From positions 930,001 to 994,000 of the forward strand of contig OZ037843.1 of NCBI GenBank assembly GCA_964035575.1: DNA of 64,000 nt. Reading direction: 5' to 3'. Position numbers and translations under genes: made by a program. The notes beneath the pieces are model-generated. The model made no database searches and was not told the origin of the DNA. It worked only from the letters and a program-made list of their open reading frames with translations. This DNA comes from Rhynchopus sp. YZ270_cl-10 (Eukaryota). Position 1 is the stretch's first letter. Every line of letters begins with the position of its first letter. Of the stretch, positions 1 to 12,280 are shown one piece after another.

Positions 1-240
1 GCCCAGATTTTGTCCTTCTGTCACTCACGTGACTGACGTGCTTCCGACAGCTTTATGATTGCACCCCGCCACCTTGACCTCACATCAAGAGGACGTATCA
101 CAGCTAGATGTGGTTTGAGGTTTGTCACGTCACATGAGTCGTGTGGTGCTTGTGATCCACCTGTTGAGGCAGGTTGACTCAGTGGCAAGATCATGTGTTG
201 GTGATATTCTGCCAAAGAGTGGGTACTACCAGACTGCCAA

Positions 241-2018
241 ATGAAGCACACACCAACCTCACCACTTACGAAGGCAGGAACACACCTTTACACACCACAG
301 TGCGCAATGGGCTGTCTCGAGCGTGCACTGTCGCTTGACGGGACACTGGACACGCACAGCAGACTCATACGTAGTATTTGCTTTTTCTTCAACTGTGTAA
401 TCTTCGTATCAGGAATTGTGTTCTCTGTGATTGAGCTGCAGATCTTGCATGGCAGGTATCAGTATTTGGGTGGTGTTCTCACAGGCATGCTGAACGGTTT
501 GTGTTCAATTGTTTTCATTATGCTAAAGTACAAGCTGACCACGTTCATCATCGTGACAGAGTCCGCACTGTACTTTGTTGCGGTGGTTCTCGTGGACATA
601 AGTTGGCGCATCGAGTATGAATACGCCTGGCCAATGATCGTGCTTGTGGTGGACTTTCTCTTGGTGATGCAAGTGCCCACACGGTACAGCACAGTTGTCG
701 TGGTGTGCACACTGGTGTATTTGGTCGTTCTTGCTGCAGAAGAAACGTGGAGGTTTGGTCTGTTCGACATACCCGGGCTCGCGTATCAAGAACATCGACG
801 TTCCTACTTAGAGAGCATGGGTGACTGTGATGTGCTGCCTTGCAAGGAGAGCGAAGCTGTGAACCGATTACTATTTGCTGCTATCGTGTTTGTTGTTGAC
901 TTTATTGTGACGCGAGGCTTTGCACGTGGTCTCCTGAAGGAGCAGGCATCAATGCAGCGCACAATCGCAACAGTGCAGGACATCGCCTCGCTCCTTGCTG
1001 GCTACGACGTGGAGAAGGTGGCGGAGCTGCTGGAGGAGCACGGTGGTGAGCTGCCTGACGGGATGACGACAGCACTGCGGAAGTTGGAGCAGAACCTGCG
1101 TGTGTACAAGGCGTACCTCCCGCAGACGTGTCTGCCGTTTGAGGACGGGAAGGACGAATGTGTGGAACCTGGTGGTGATCTGGATGGCACTTGCAGTAAC
1201 GATGAAAGCACAGTGTCAGCGGCAACATCGAACACGTCTGCTGCAGTGCGACGCACTTCCTTCCGTGCACCGCCTCTCCTGCTCTCAACCCCGAATGCAA
1301 CACTGCTGACACTGAACATCAAAGACACCCTGCACCGCCTGGAGGAGGACAGTGCACGCTTCTCCGACCTCTTCACAACTGTTCTTCTGAAGACCCTGCA
1401 GGCAACAGACAGCAGACGTGGGATGGTGGACGTCTTTGTTGGGGACACTGCTCGTTCAACGCGTCGAAGCCGTGTGCGTCGCACGCAACCTCAGCACTGC
1501 ACGCAGCAAGCATGCTCATGAGAGCTGGCCTGGCAGCCTCTGTGAACGTGGGTGTTGCAATGGGGACAGTGCTGCGTGGTGACATGGGTTGTGATGTGAT
1601 GCGCCGCTTCAGCATGGTGGGGACACTTGTGCGTGATGTGCACGGGATGGAACGTGCAGGACGTATGCTGGGGTGCGACGTTCTCTGCAACCGTCTTTGC
1701 TTCAGCGACGCTGAGTGCGAACACGACCTGCGTCTGCTTCCGTGCAAGGTGGAGGTTGCTCAAGACTGTGAGGCACAGGTTGTGGCTGAGCTGATTTCGA
1801 TGGAAGAAGAAACCTCAACTGCAGCAGACGAGTGGATGTACCAGATAGGCGAGAAGAAGCACTGGGATTTGTACAACACAGCGGTGCGTGGGTACCTGCG
1901 TGGTGAGAGCTGTGACACGGACGTTGCAAAGGCGTGGGTGGAGGCGGGTGGGAGTGGCACACCAGCACACGCAGTTCCTTCCGGGATGTGCAGTGTTGTG
2001 TGTTCCTATCTTCGGTGA
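241..2018 (+). pseudogene. 6-TM pseudo-cyclase receptor, copy A (frameshifted)
   Basis: Near-identical to the intact copy at 2707-4491. At ~1450 it reads GGGGACACTGCTCG versus intact GGGGACAGCATCCACTGCTCG, a 7-nt deletion that splits it into ORFs 241..1521 and 1512..2018. Alternative start MGCLE at 307. Confidence 0.85.
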
Positions 2019-2706
2019 TTTTGTTGCCACGACGTGCAGTATTGCCATGTGTCTATGTGAGTCGGTGTGATAGACCGTATCCGTAAACTTTCTGGGCAGT
2101 ATGTATTCTGGACCGCAAAAACTCTGTAACTTTTCGATTCTTCCGAGTTACACCTTCTTTTATGTGGGTCCTGGGCAGGACCTTAAATTGCATCCGGGGA
2201 TGCATTCCTCCAGAAACTCTATGAAGGTGTTGGCCGCTCGAATCGATGTCTTGACCTGAGAGATTACCGAACAGGAGGCGAGGAGGGGTATGCGGGGGCG
2301 TTTTTGTGCCTTCAGGGTCTTTTTGTTTTTCAACAACCCTGCCTACCAGTGCATAGTCTTTGTCTTTCTGTTGGGCTTCCCCCGGTCCTCAGGTGCTAAC
2401 CGCCCCTGCCCTCTTTTATGCAAGTTCACCCTGGCAGGTTATACAGATGCTGAGTCAGACTTGCCCACTATGCTATGATGGGTGCTAGCACCCAGAGCAT
2501 AAATGGCCAGCGGTCAGGGCAGTGTGGCTCTGCGAAGTTGCTCTGCCACGCCTTTGGGTTGCGGTTTGCTGCCTGCAAGGAGGTCCAGGTAAATACCTAA
2601 GAGAAAGAGTGAGGCCGAGCTGTCGGTCACGACATCTCTCTCTTGGCGCCCCATGCTGGACCAACAGTAATATTCTGCCAAAGAGTGGGTACTACGAGAC
2701 TGCCAA

Positions 2707-4491
2707 ATGAAGCACACACCAACCTCACCACTTACGAAGGCAGGAACACACCTTTACACACCACAGTGCACAATGGGCTGTCTCGAGCGTGCACTGTCGC
2801 TTGACGGGACACTGGACACGCACAGCAGACTCATACGTAGTATTTGCTTTTTCTTCAACTGCGTTACATTCGTAGGTGCGATTATGTTTGCTGTGACGGA
2901 GGTGCAGAGTTTACATGGTAGGTATCAGTTTTTTGGAGGTGTTCTCACAGGCATGCTGACCAGCTTGTGTTCGATGATTATAATTATGCTAAAGTACAAG
3001 CTGACCACGTTCATGATAGTGACAGAGTCCGCACTGTACTACGTTGCGGTGATGGTCGTGGACATAAGTTGGCGCATCGAGTATGAATACGCCTGGCCAA
3101 TGATCGTGCTTGTGGTGGACTTTCTCTTGGTCATGCAGGTGCCCACACGGTACAGCACAATTGTCGTGGTGTGCACACTGGTGTATTTGGTCATCATCAC
3201 TGCAGAGGAAACGTGGAGGTTTGGTCTGCTCGACATGCCCGGGCTCGCGTATCAAGAGCATCGACGTTCCTTCTTAGAGAGCATGGGTGACTGTGATGTG
3301 CTGCCTTGCAAGAAGAGCGGAGCTGTGAACCGATTACTATTTGCGGCTCTCGTATTCGTCATTGACTTTATTGTGACGCGTGACTTTTCACGTGGTCTCC
3401 TGAAGGAGCAGGCATCAATGCAACGCACAATCGCGACAGTGCAGGACATCGCCTCGCTCCTTGCTGGCTACGACGTGGAGAAGGTGGCGGAGCTGCTGGA
3501 GGAGCACGGTGGTGAGCTGCCTGAGGGGATGACGACAGCACTGCGGAAGTTGGAGCAGAACCTGCGTGTGTACAAGGCGTACCTCCCGCAGACGTGTCTG
3601 CCTTTTGAGGACGAGAAGGACCAATGTGTGGAACCTGGTGGTGAGCTGGATGGTGCTGACAGTGACGACTCAAGCACAGTGTCAGCGGAAGCATCGAGCA
3701 CGTCTGCTGCAGTGCGACGCACTTCCTTCCGTGCACCGCCTCTCCTGCTCTCAACCGCGAATGCAACACTGCTGACACTGAACATCAAAGACACCCTGCA
3801 CCGCCTGGAGGAGGACAGTGCACGCTTCTCCGACCTCTTCACAACTGTTCTTCTGAAGACCCTGCAGGCAACAGACAGCAGACGTGGGATGGTGGACGTC
3901 TTTGTTGGGGACAGCATCCACTGCTCGTTCAACGCGTCGAAGCCGTGTGCGTCGCACGCAACCTCAGCACTGCACGCAGCAAGCATGCTCATGAGAGCTG
4001 GCCTGGCAGCCTCTGTGAACGTGGGTGTTGCAATGGGGACAGTGCTGCGTGGTGACATGGGTTGTGATGTGATGCGCCGCTTCAGCATGGTGGGGACACT
4101 TGTGCGTGATGTGCACGGGATGGAACGTGCAGGACGTATGCTGGGGTGCGACGTTGTCTGCAACAGGATGTGCTTCAGCGACGCTGAGTGCGAACACGAC
4201 CTGCGTCTGCTTCCGTGCAAGGTGGAGGTTGCTCGAGACTGCGAGGCACAGGTTGTGGCTGAGCTGGTTTCGAAGGAAGAAGAAACCTCAACTGCAGCAG
4301 ACGAGTGGATGTACCAGATAGGCGGGAAGAAGCATTGGGATTTGTACAACACAGCAGTGCGTGGGTACCTGCGTGGTGAGAGCCGTGACACGGACGTTGC
4401 AAAGGCGTGGGTGGAGGCGGGTGGGAGTGGCACACCAGCACACGCAGTTCCTTCCGGGACGTGCAGTGTTGTGTGTTCTTATCTTCGGTGA
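2707..4491 (+). CDS. 6-TM receptor with degenerate class III nucleotidyl cyclase domain, copy B (intact, 594 aa)
   Basis: About 6 hydrophobic segments, a CDVLPC loop, a helical linker LRKLEQNLRVYKAYLP, then cyclase-fold motifs ATLLTLNIK / GMVDVFVGD / VNVGVAMGTVLRGDMG / FSMVGTLVRDVHGME. Likely start may be 2773 (MGCLE), just after CACAG. Confidence 0.88.
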   Translation: MKHTPTSPLTKAGTHLYTPQCTMGCLERALSLDGTLDTHSRLIRSICFFFNCVTFVGAIMFAVTEVQSLHGRYQFFGGVLTGMLTSLCSMIIIMLKYKLTTFMIVTESALYYVAVMVVDISWRIEYEYAWPMIVLVVDFLLVMQVPTRYSTIVVVCTLVYLVIITAEETWRFGLLDMPGLAYQEHRRSFLESMGDCDVLPCKKSGAVNRLLFAALVFVIDFIVTRDFSRGLLKEQASMQRTIATVQDIASLLAGYDVEKVAELLEEHGGELPEGMTTALRKLEQNLRVYKAYLPQTCLPFEDEKDQCVEPGGELDGADSDDSSTVSAEASSTSAAVRRTSFRAPPLLLSTANATLLTLNIKDTLHRLEEDSARFSDLFTTVLLKTLQATDSRRGMVDVFVGDSIHCSFNASKPCASHATSALHAASMLMRAGLAASVNVGVAMGTVLRGDMGCDVMRRFSMVGTLVRDVHGMERAGRMLGCDVVCNRMCFSDAECEHDLRLLPCKVEVARDCEAQVVAELVSKEEETSTAADEWMYQIGGKKHWDLYNTAVRGYLRGESRDTDVAKAWVEAGGSGTPAHAVPSGTCSVVCSYLR

Positions 4492-4830
4492 TTGTGTTGC
4501 TGTGGTCGCGATGCTGTGTGCAGTTTTCAAGCAAAGCTCCTGATCTTAGAAACCCCCTTTGTTCTTTATACACAATGGTATTGTTTGTGCATGCCTTCAG
4601 GGTTTTGAACTGGGGCTCAAAACCCTGATACAAGGGAATCGGGTGTTCAAATCTCAGCACAACCACGCCAATACTCTTTGCAGCTTCATTTTGACGAAGC
4701 TCGACCCTCATTGGACACCTCCTTCATTTCCTCTTAACCGTGTTGCCGAGCCCAAGCAAAACATTTTTACCAAACACCACCTCCCCCCCAGACTGCAGAC
4801 TAAGAAATCATTTAATTAATTACCATACCC

Positions 4831-5190
4831 ACCCGGTTTTTTTTGAAAATGGGCACCACGTATAAGTGACCGGGCTCATATTTTTCAAAATTTAAGTGGT
4901 CAAAAAATTGTCCAATTTTCGAGATTGACCCCACCACTGCACGGGCGGATCCCAAAAATGCAAATAAGGACCCTTTTCCACAACCTTCCTTCACCCCCCC
5001 GGTAGGGTAACCGAAGGTGAAGTCAATAATATATTATTACAAACCCGGATTTTGAGGAAATTTTTGGCCGAAAATGGGCCCCAGCTATTAGTGACCGGGC
5101 TCATATTGTCCAAAATTTAAGTCATTAAAATTGTGTCTATTTCTTCAGATTGACCCCACCACTGACTGGGATCGGCCCAAAAATGCAAAT
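4831..5190. repeat. ~140-150 bp dispersed repeat, two tandem copies (third copy ~33075-33230)
   Basis: ACCCGG..AAAATGGGC..ACCGGGCTCATATT..CAAAATTTAAGT..GATTGACCCCACCACTG..CCCAAAAA(T/C)GCAAATAA occurs at ~4831, ~5044 and ~33075. Confidence 0.8.
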
Positions 5191-6425
5191 AACGGCGTTT
5201 TCGCCTGTATTGTTCGTCATTTTTTTTGGGGTGCTTCTACTCACTCTGAGTGGGTGTGTGATGGATATTCGGGACTATGTGGGGTCCGGGAGGGGTATTT
5301 TGGGGGTTTCAGGCAAAAAAACGAAAAAAATATGACCGTAACAGGGGGTGTGCAAAGTGTCTTGGGGATGTCTTGGGGACGTCTTGGGCATTTTTTTGAC
5401 CTAAAAACACCAAAAAAACACTTCCAAAAGTGTCAAATATGTCCAAAACAGGTTGGAATGGACTCACAGGCCACTTTTGGGGTATATTTGTGCCAAAGGA
5501 GGCTTTGTGATGTCAAAAAATATCCCGGTTTTTGATTTTTTTCTCGAAAAATCGCTATTTTGCCCAAAGTGGCCAAAACGTGAAAAAAGCCGTTTTTTCA
5601 CTATTTTTTTCCATTTTTTTGTATTCTGGGGTGGCTTCTGGGTCGTTTTTCGACCCACAGGCCCCCTGTGACCCACTCTGAGGGTGTTTTTCACCCGCAG
5701 TTGCCTTGGAGATGGCCAGATAATGCCAAATGAATTTTCCGTGCGTTTGGTCCCAGCCAAAATGGCTAGCTGGAGTCGTATCCCCTACCCCCCCCCCCCC
5801 CACCACAACAAACACCCTCCCCACACACACCACCTACACCAGAGGGTCTTTTCTCCTTAACCCCAAACCCACAACCCACTTTCCCCAACACACAACCCTT
5901 CCCCCCCCCCCCCCCTTTATCGTTCCCCACACACACACACCCAAACCCTTAGTACCCCCTCTCTCTCTTCTTGTCCCCAATACAGAAATCTGTTTTTGTC
6001 CCCAGACTGCCCCCCTGTTTTGGATACGGAGTGCCATTTGTTTTAAATAAAAAGTAATTTATTGCTTTTATCTATTCAAAAAAAAAATATTTATTTATCA
6101 AAAACCCCCTCTCTCTTCTTGTGCGCATCTCTTACCCCCGCCCGACTTTTTTGACATTCTTTTGTTGAGTTGCGACCTCCCCCACCTTGGTGGGCAATTC
6201 GTCGACCACTTAAGACACAGAGACACACCTCCACATACCCCTCTTGTTTTCCCTTCCCCCGTTTGATCTCAAACCTTTTCTCTCCCCCTTCTCCCCCCCC
6301 AGCGTTTTGTAACATCAACTCTTCCCTCTCTCTCTCTCTCTCGAAGACAGAGATTCTTGGGAATTCATTTTTTTTTCTCTCTACCCACCCTATCACCCCC
6401 ACCACCACCACCCCACCCAATCTTG

Positions 6426-7376
6426 ATGGAGGTAACCTGCGTTTTTCGCGAATCAGGAACACGTTGTGTGGTTCCGGTCTACGAAGAGGATACCGTTGCG
6501 GCGCTGAAGAACCGGGCATGTGAAGTGCTTCTGTCCCCACCGCGTACGGAGGATGGAAGCAGCAGTACCGGGGAGACCACAACGTACGATGCTGTGTTGA
6601 TGGCTGGAGGGGCGGCGCCATTGGATGATGATCTGTGTCTGGCGCAAAGTGGGTTGGCGACCGGAGACACGGTTGCGCTGGAAATTCGTCGCCGTCCTAC
6701 AAAGCGTGAACGTCGCGCCTCCCGCAAGCTTGCGACAGAGCTCCGCACCCTGACCCCTACCTCACGCAGACTGCAACGCTGCGCGCTTCTCAAAGCAGCG
6801 GAAGCTACTCCAGACAACACTGCGATCCTCTCACTTCTCGCAGCATGTGGCGAACCAACCCTCGAATTGGAAGAAGGATTGGCCCCAACACGCACCCCTC
6901 ACCAGCTTTGTGTACGCTGTTTCGCAATCACACAGTCAAAAGACGCCTTTTTAAACTTGGCATTAACACTGCAAGATGGAGAGACTACAACGTTAGAGGA
7001 TGGCACGCATTTTTCCAACAGAGAAGAGATCCTGACCGCCCTCGTCGCATCGCACCCTAGATACGAGAAGGGGTGGTTCGCGCTGGCAGGGGCCGTCGAC
7101 AAGGGAGGGTCCTGCACACTAAGAAACGGGACAACAATGACCAAGGCACAGCTATACTACAGAGCGGGGGAGGTAGGTGGGTCTGCCCGTGGTTTCTACA
7201 GGGCATCGAGGAGCTTCCCCGCAGCAGCGCGTGCATTGACAGTGTACAGTGAAACGGGGGCGCGTTCCGTGGTGACCCGTGTCGAGTTGTATAGAAAAGT
7301 ACTCGAGCTGGAACCAACCCACACCCGTGCAAGGCAAAAGCTAGAGGCGTATGAGGCATCGCACCCAAAGAAATAA
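6426..7376 (+). CDS. Ubiquitin-like N-terminal domain plus TPR-like repeats (316 aa)
   Basis: ATG follows a C-rich tract. The N-terminus MEVTCVFRESG..DTVAALK..LDDDLCLAQSGLATGDTVAL is beta-grasp-like. C-terminal repeats (AFLNLALTLQDGETTTLEDG; GWFALAGAVDKGGSCTLRNGTTMTKAQLY; ELYRKVLELEP) are TPR-like. Confidence 0.75.
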   Translation: MEVTCVFRESGTRCVVPVYEEDTVAALKNRACEVLLSPPRTEDGSSSTGETTTYDAVLMAGGAAPLDDDLCLAQSGLATGDTVALEIRRRPTKRERRASRKLATELRTLTPTSRRLQRCALLKAAEATPDNTAILSLLAACGEPTLELEEGLAPTRTPHQLCVRCFAITQSKDAFLNLALTLQDGETTTLEDGTHFSNREEILTALVASHPRYEKGWFALAGAVDKGGSCTLRNGTTMTKAQLYYRAGEVGGSARGFYRASRSFPAAARALTVYSETGARSVVTRVELYRKVLELEPTHTRARQKLEAYEASHPKK

Positions 7377-7969
7377 AGGGGGGAGGGGGAAAGGGGTTGG
7401 GGGGGATGTTTTTTTTTATGTCGGCCCCACGGAGTCGTCGGGCACCTGCAGGGTTGGGGGGCCGGGGGGTCGAGCTGTCGGAATGAAATAAATGAAAACC
7501 CGGCAGGTGGTAGATGTCGGATTTCCTGCAGTGATTTTGCCTGTTGAAAAAACGATTTGTAGGTGCAGGTGACCCGACTAGTCTGTGGGGAGATTAGTTA
7601 GGTTGGCTTGCTCATTCTTCTTTACCCCCTTTTTTCTTTTTTTCTTTTTTTTTTTTTTTTTTTTTTTTCAGTTTTTAGATGTGTGTGCGAGAGGGGTTCA
7701 TTCATCTTTCACATCTTTCTTTTATTTGGTTTGGCGACGGCGCAATAGAACCAAAGAATTTCTTAGAAATACAAACTAAAAAAATGTATTTTAAATGTTG
7801 TAAAGTTAACTTCACTTCTACGTTCTTTTTTTTTAAAGGTGGCTAATCATGAAAGGCTTAGGATCATCTTATAAACTTTTCCCTTTTTTTTCTCTCTCTT
7901 TTTCTTTTCTTTTTGGAATATAATTTTATCAGCATAGCAAAAAAGCTTTTTTTTTTTTTTTGCTTTTTT

Positions 7970-8037
7970 TGGTGCTATGGGAAATCAGTCAACGATCTGT
8001 CAGCGACCTGTCAATATCGACCCCCTCCGGAGCACCA
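7970..8037. mobile_element. 68-bp TGGTG...CACCA mini inverted-repeat element
   Basis: Near-identical copy at 39116-39183 and a diverged copy at 18045-18102. Termini TGGTGCT/AGCACCA. Confidence 0.75.
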
Positions 8038-8226
8038 TTTTTGTTTTTGTTTTTTTTTTTTTTTTGCAATACTTTTCAGATGTCTCTTGGCGAAGCTCTT
8101 TTTCTCTCTCTTCTTTCATCCCTTCTTGGTTCCGGAATATTCTTTCGCAATTGGGGAGGGACCACCTGATTTTGCCCCACATTTTGATGGAATTTTGCGC
8201 TATTCCGTAGAGGCTGGTGGTATTTA

Positions 8227-8328
8227 CCGTGATCGTAAAAATTATCGACCGGAATAATGTTCGACATTTTCAGGATTTTTCTGGAAGTTCGACCTTTTTT
8301 TTACGGTGGAACATTTTTACGATTACGG
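8227..8328. mobile_element. TA-flanked CCGT...ACGG MITE, short copy
   Basis: TA|CCGTGATCGTAAAA...TTTTACGATTACGG|TA. Internal TTTTTCTGGAAGTTCGACC is shared with 10955-11072 and, reverse-complemented, with 50175-50538. Confidence 0.8.
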
Positions 8329-9285
8329 TAAACCCCCAAACTCCACTAAACTCCACCGAAGTGTGATGCAAATCCGGTGGAAGGGGGGGGAAAAGGGAGG
8401 GTAGAAAAAAAAAAAAAAAAACACCGCTAGACATTTACCTTAGTGAAAGATGTGATTTTGCATAATTCGTGTAAATCATCTTATCTTTCATGTTTTTTCC
8501 CCCCCCCCGTTTTTTTTCGTTTTTTTTTTTTTTTTTTAGTTTTTAACACCCCCCGTTCGTTTTTGCTTGTGGGTGTTAAGTTTGTTGTTCACCTTTCCCT
8601 TCACGTTCCCTCTTATACCCACACGACTCTTGTCATTGTGAATTCATTGTGACACTACAACACAGCACATATTACAAGGACTATTATTCACAAAGCGTTA
8701 ATGATACCTGCTTTGTCAAATGTGCTTGTCATTGTCATGAGAAGTGTCGTCAGTGCACAACCGAATTTTTCCAAAAAAGTTACTTTTTCTAAGGACATTT
8801 TGACGAAGCTCTTTTAGCCTGTTTTTTTTTTTTTTTACTTCAAAATAAAACATCACAAAAAATTCTTGATTTGGTTTTTTTCTGATGTTTTTCTTTTCTT
8901 TTTTTTTTACAGGGGTATCGGCAAGCCATGTTAGCCATTTCACTAACACAAACTGGACACGTATAAATAACTCTATTTATACATACGGACGATTTTACCC
9001 TATTCAGAGTTAGAATTCCATTCTGACAGAAGAAGAAGAAGAAGTATGCGAAGACTCGTCAATTGTGGCCACCACGGGAGTCCCCCTCTCCCCTCCCCTC
9101 CCCTCCCCTCCTCCCCCATCCTTCTCCCGGAAGCAAAGCTACTGCATGTAACACTGCTCTAGCTAGAAAGCCTCTGCAAGTCGGTTAGTTGCCCCCGAAC
9201 ACCCACCTTTTCCTTAAGCTGGGTGTACACGTACTCCACGTGGTGTCACATCGTCTCTCTTTTCCCCTTTGTTATTTTTCAATGT

Positions 9286-9488
9286 TGGTGCTATCCGGGG
9301 CGGGGGTTTCACAACTTTTCGCAACGATTCCGAACGTTCCACAACTTTTCACAACTTTTCAGAATTTTTTCCACAACTTTTCACAACTATGTACCCACAA
9401 CCGTTGTGAAACGTTGTGGATTGGATTGAAATTTTGTGAATTTTTTTTTTTTGAAACTTTGTGAAACGCCGCCCTCCGGATGGCACCA
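9286..9488. mobile_element. TGGTGC-terminus MITE with CACAACTTTT internal repeats
   Basis: Imperfect ~35-bp TIR: TGGTGCTATCCGGGGCGGGGGTTTCACAA versus the reverse complement of TTGTGAAACGCCGCCCTCCGGATGGCACCA. Confidence 0.75.
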
Positions 9489-10790
9489 TAATGTACAATA
9501 CTCCAAAAAAAAAACCCCCCCCCTTGGCGTCCAAAATATGTGTATTTTTGGGATAATATGGTGCCTTTTTGGACACCAAATATATTCAGAGTACTGTATG
9601 TGCACTAGTGGGGCTGCACATTCATATTTCAAGTATTTTTTTTTCTTCATCTTCTTTCATTTTGTTTTCCCGCCAATAATACGGTAAGGCGTTTGCACTT
9701 TCAACTTCTCCTTTCCCCCCCCTTTTTCAATATTTTTTTTACCGACCCTCCCCCGTGAAAATGTCCCCCCCCCAAAAAAACCGGTATTTTGCCCCCACGG
9801 ACAATTTCAAGGCAGGGGGGGACAATTTCACGGGGGAGGGTCGGTACATCATGATAGTACCGTAAATCACGAAGTCCTGCCCCTAACAAAAAGGAGCATC
9901 GGAGATCGATGGCGGCTCTGTTCTGCAGTGGCTTTGGGGCGTTTCGTGATCTACTGTGTCGATGCCTGAATATAGGAGATTTACTGAGACGTGGCAAAGG
10001 CTTTTTTGTATTGATTTTGCTCTTTTTTCTTTAAATAAAGTGATTCTGTGCTATTCCCTCTGTATGGTGGTTGGCTGTTTTTAAATTCTCAACAAAAAGC
10101 AAAAAAAAAACAAAATAAAAGCAAAATGGAAAACACAGACCAGACGCGGCTGGTGTTGTCGCTTCCCATACTTCCGTGTCTTTGCGAGCTAGTATTTCAT
10201 CAGTCTTATTTTTACCCCCTTTTTTGTTTTGTTTTTTCTTTGTTTGCTTTTTTTGTAAGTAAGAGAAAACCGAATGGAGTGGGAACGCTAGTGAGAGCGC
10301 AGCGGAAACGATAGTGGGAACGCAACGAGCTTTTTTCATAATGTTTTATTCTTCCCCACAAAATATCACGCGCAGAGAAACACTCGTTTTTCACACAGCG
10401 CGTCCGTTTGTTTGTTTTTCTCAAACGACACCTTTTTTCAAAATTTTTCGCCCGGTATCACATATGATACTGATTTCCATGGATACACATGAAAAGGAGT
10501 TCCGTGCTATTCACAGAACTCGATAGGCGATTGAGCTTATCTAACAACAACCAAAACAAAAGAAAGTACAAAGAAGAGAATAAAAAATGCAGGAAAAATA
10601 GACAAAGAGAAAAACAAAGAGATTTTGACAAAGTGAACAATAAAATATGAGTATGCAATACGTCTGGAAATGAAAGACGTTCTTCGGTTGCCATGAGTCT
10701 TACCGTCTTCCCTTTCCCCACCCCATTTTGCCCCACCTCTCCCCCGTACTTGACGCGGGGTTTCGGGACTCTTGGGGTTTGAAAAAAATA

Positions 10791-10837
10791 TAGTGGAGTT
10801 CATCCTCGGGTGTCTACACTAATACAACCAAGTTTTC
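10791..10837 (+). mobile_element. ~50-bp hairpin SINE-like element
   Basis: AGTGGAGTTCATCCTCGGGTGTCTACACTAATACAACCAAGTTTTC. Other copies at 16703-16970 (interrupted), 30771-30819 and 37879-37932. Confidence 0.75.
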
Positions 10838-10954
10838 AAATAAAAAATAAAGATGGATGCGATCAATAAACAGCAACCCACGAACAAAGAAGGGGGGGAG
10901 TATTTCATCCCCATACATCCCCCTGTTTTGTATACGGAGTGCACCTTTGTTTTA

Positions 10955-11072
10955 CCGTATTTGTACAAAATTATCAACAGTGCTAATGTTCGATCGTAAT
11001 AAATTTCGACCTTTTCAGGGTTTTTCTGGAAGTTCGACCTTTTTTATGGTCAATAATTTTGTACGAATACGG
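10955..11072. mobile_element. TA-flanked CCGTA...TACGG MITE
   Basis: TA|CCGTATTTGTACAAAATTAT...ATAATTTTGTACGAATACGG|TA. Confidence 0.8.
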
Positions 11073-12139
11073 TAAATAAAAGGAAATTTATTTATTTTAC
11101 TTACTTCTCTAAAGCCCCCCGGAGGAAGTACCGCCGGGCCTGTGGTTCATGTGCTAGATGGCCAAGCACCGTGAGGTTATAGCGTCATCTCGTAACAGTT
11201 TTTTTATCAGTCCTATTCGTGGTCATTTACCCCCCCCCCTTTGGGTCGGTGAACCGGAAATTTTGGAAATAAGGGGGTAAAATAAGGGGGGGGGGTAAAT
11301 GCACGACGGACTAGTTATGGCCATGACAGGTGATATGACAGGTGGTGTTACTAGTTATAAATATGACAGGTGATAATTGAATATTACTAGTAATATGACA
11401 GGTGGTACCTGTAAAATGACAGGTGCACCTGTCATTTTGACAGGTGGTACCTGTCAAATGACAGGTGGTACCTGTCATATGACAGGTGTTTTTGCCGGTG
11501 GCTATTGCCTCCCAGGGAAAGGGACTCTCGAATTTTTTTTTTGCCCCCTTTTAGGGCGAATTTCGACGATTTGAGGCCATTAAAAGCAAAATTTGACACT
11601 TTTGAGCATCTATGGGGGTCTATAACGCGATTTTGCGCACCCGATTTTTCGTGGGATTTACGAAAGACAAGTCAATTTTTGACCCCAAAAAAATTCACAA
11701 AATTGCCCTCGGTGGTCCTCACCCCCACACGTCCTCAATACTGGGCGAAAAAATGCAAAAAAATGCAAAAAAAAACGCAAAAATCGGGTGTTTGACCATC
11801 TGGGTGCACCAAATACACGGGAGTGCGGTACTAAGCCATAATCAGTCTTTCCGCGCTGAAGAATCCGATGAAGAATTCTTCATTGGAAAAAAATAAAAAT
11901 ACAAATAAAAAAATTGAAGAGGTGGGGTGGGGCCCGAAGGGCCGCCCACCTCTTTCATCTTCCTCCCAGCCTCCTCGCCCGAGCCATCTGCCGACTATTT
12001 CCTTCCGTTGCAACCCGACCTCGGAGATGACAAGGAGTGGGGAGAAGCTCCTGGTGGATCCGGCGAAGCCGGGGACAAGCAGAGAGGAGATGAAGACGCA
12101 ACTGAAGAAGGAGTACGGGATAATGCGAGTTTGTGCGAC

Positions 12140-12280
12140 TCGCCTTCTGACCCCCTGTTTCGTCTTGCGAAGATGAGCGGGAATTTTCGTGATTGAAGTT
12201 GGTGAAGACACGTCTCCGCTCACAAGTTGTCGACGAACCCCTTGATGCACTCTTGCATGCCAAGAACCATCCCGCGAGTA
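12140..12280 (+). pseudogene. hAT transposase C-terminal (dimerisation domain) remnant
   Basis: Frame from 12154 reads PVSSCEDEREFS*LKLVKTRLRSQVVDEPLDALL, matching the hAT motif PxSSxxxERxFSxxKxxKTxLRS. In-frame stop at 12190. Confidence 0.75.
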
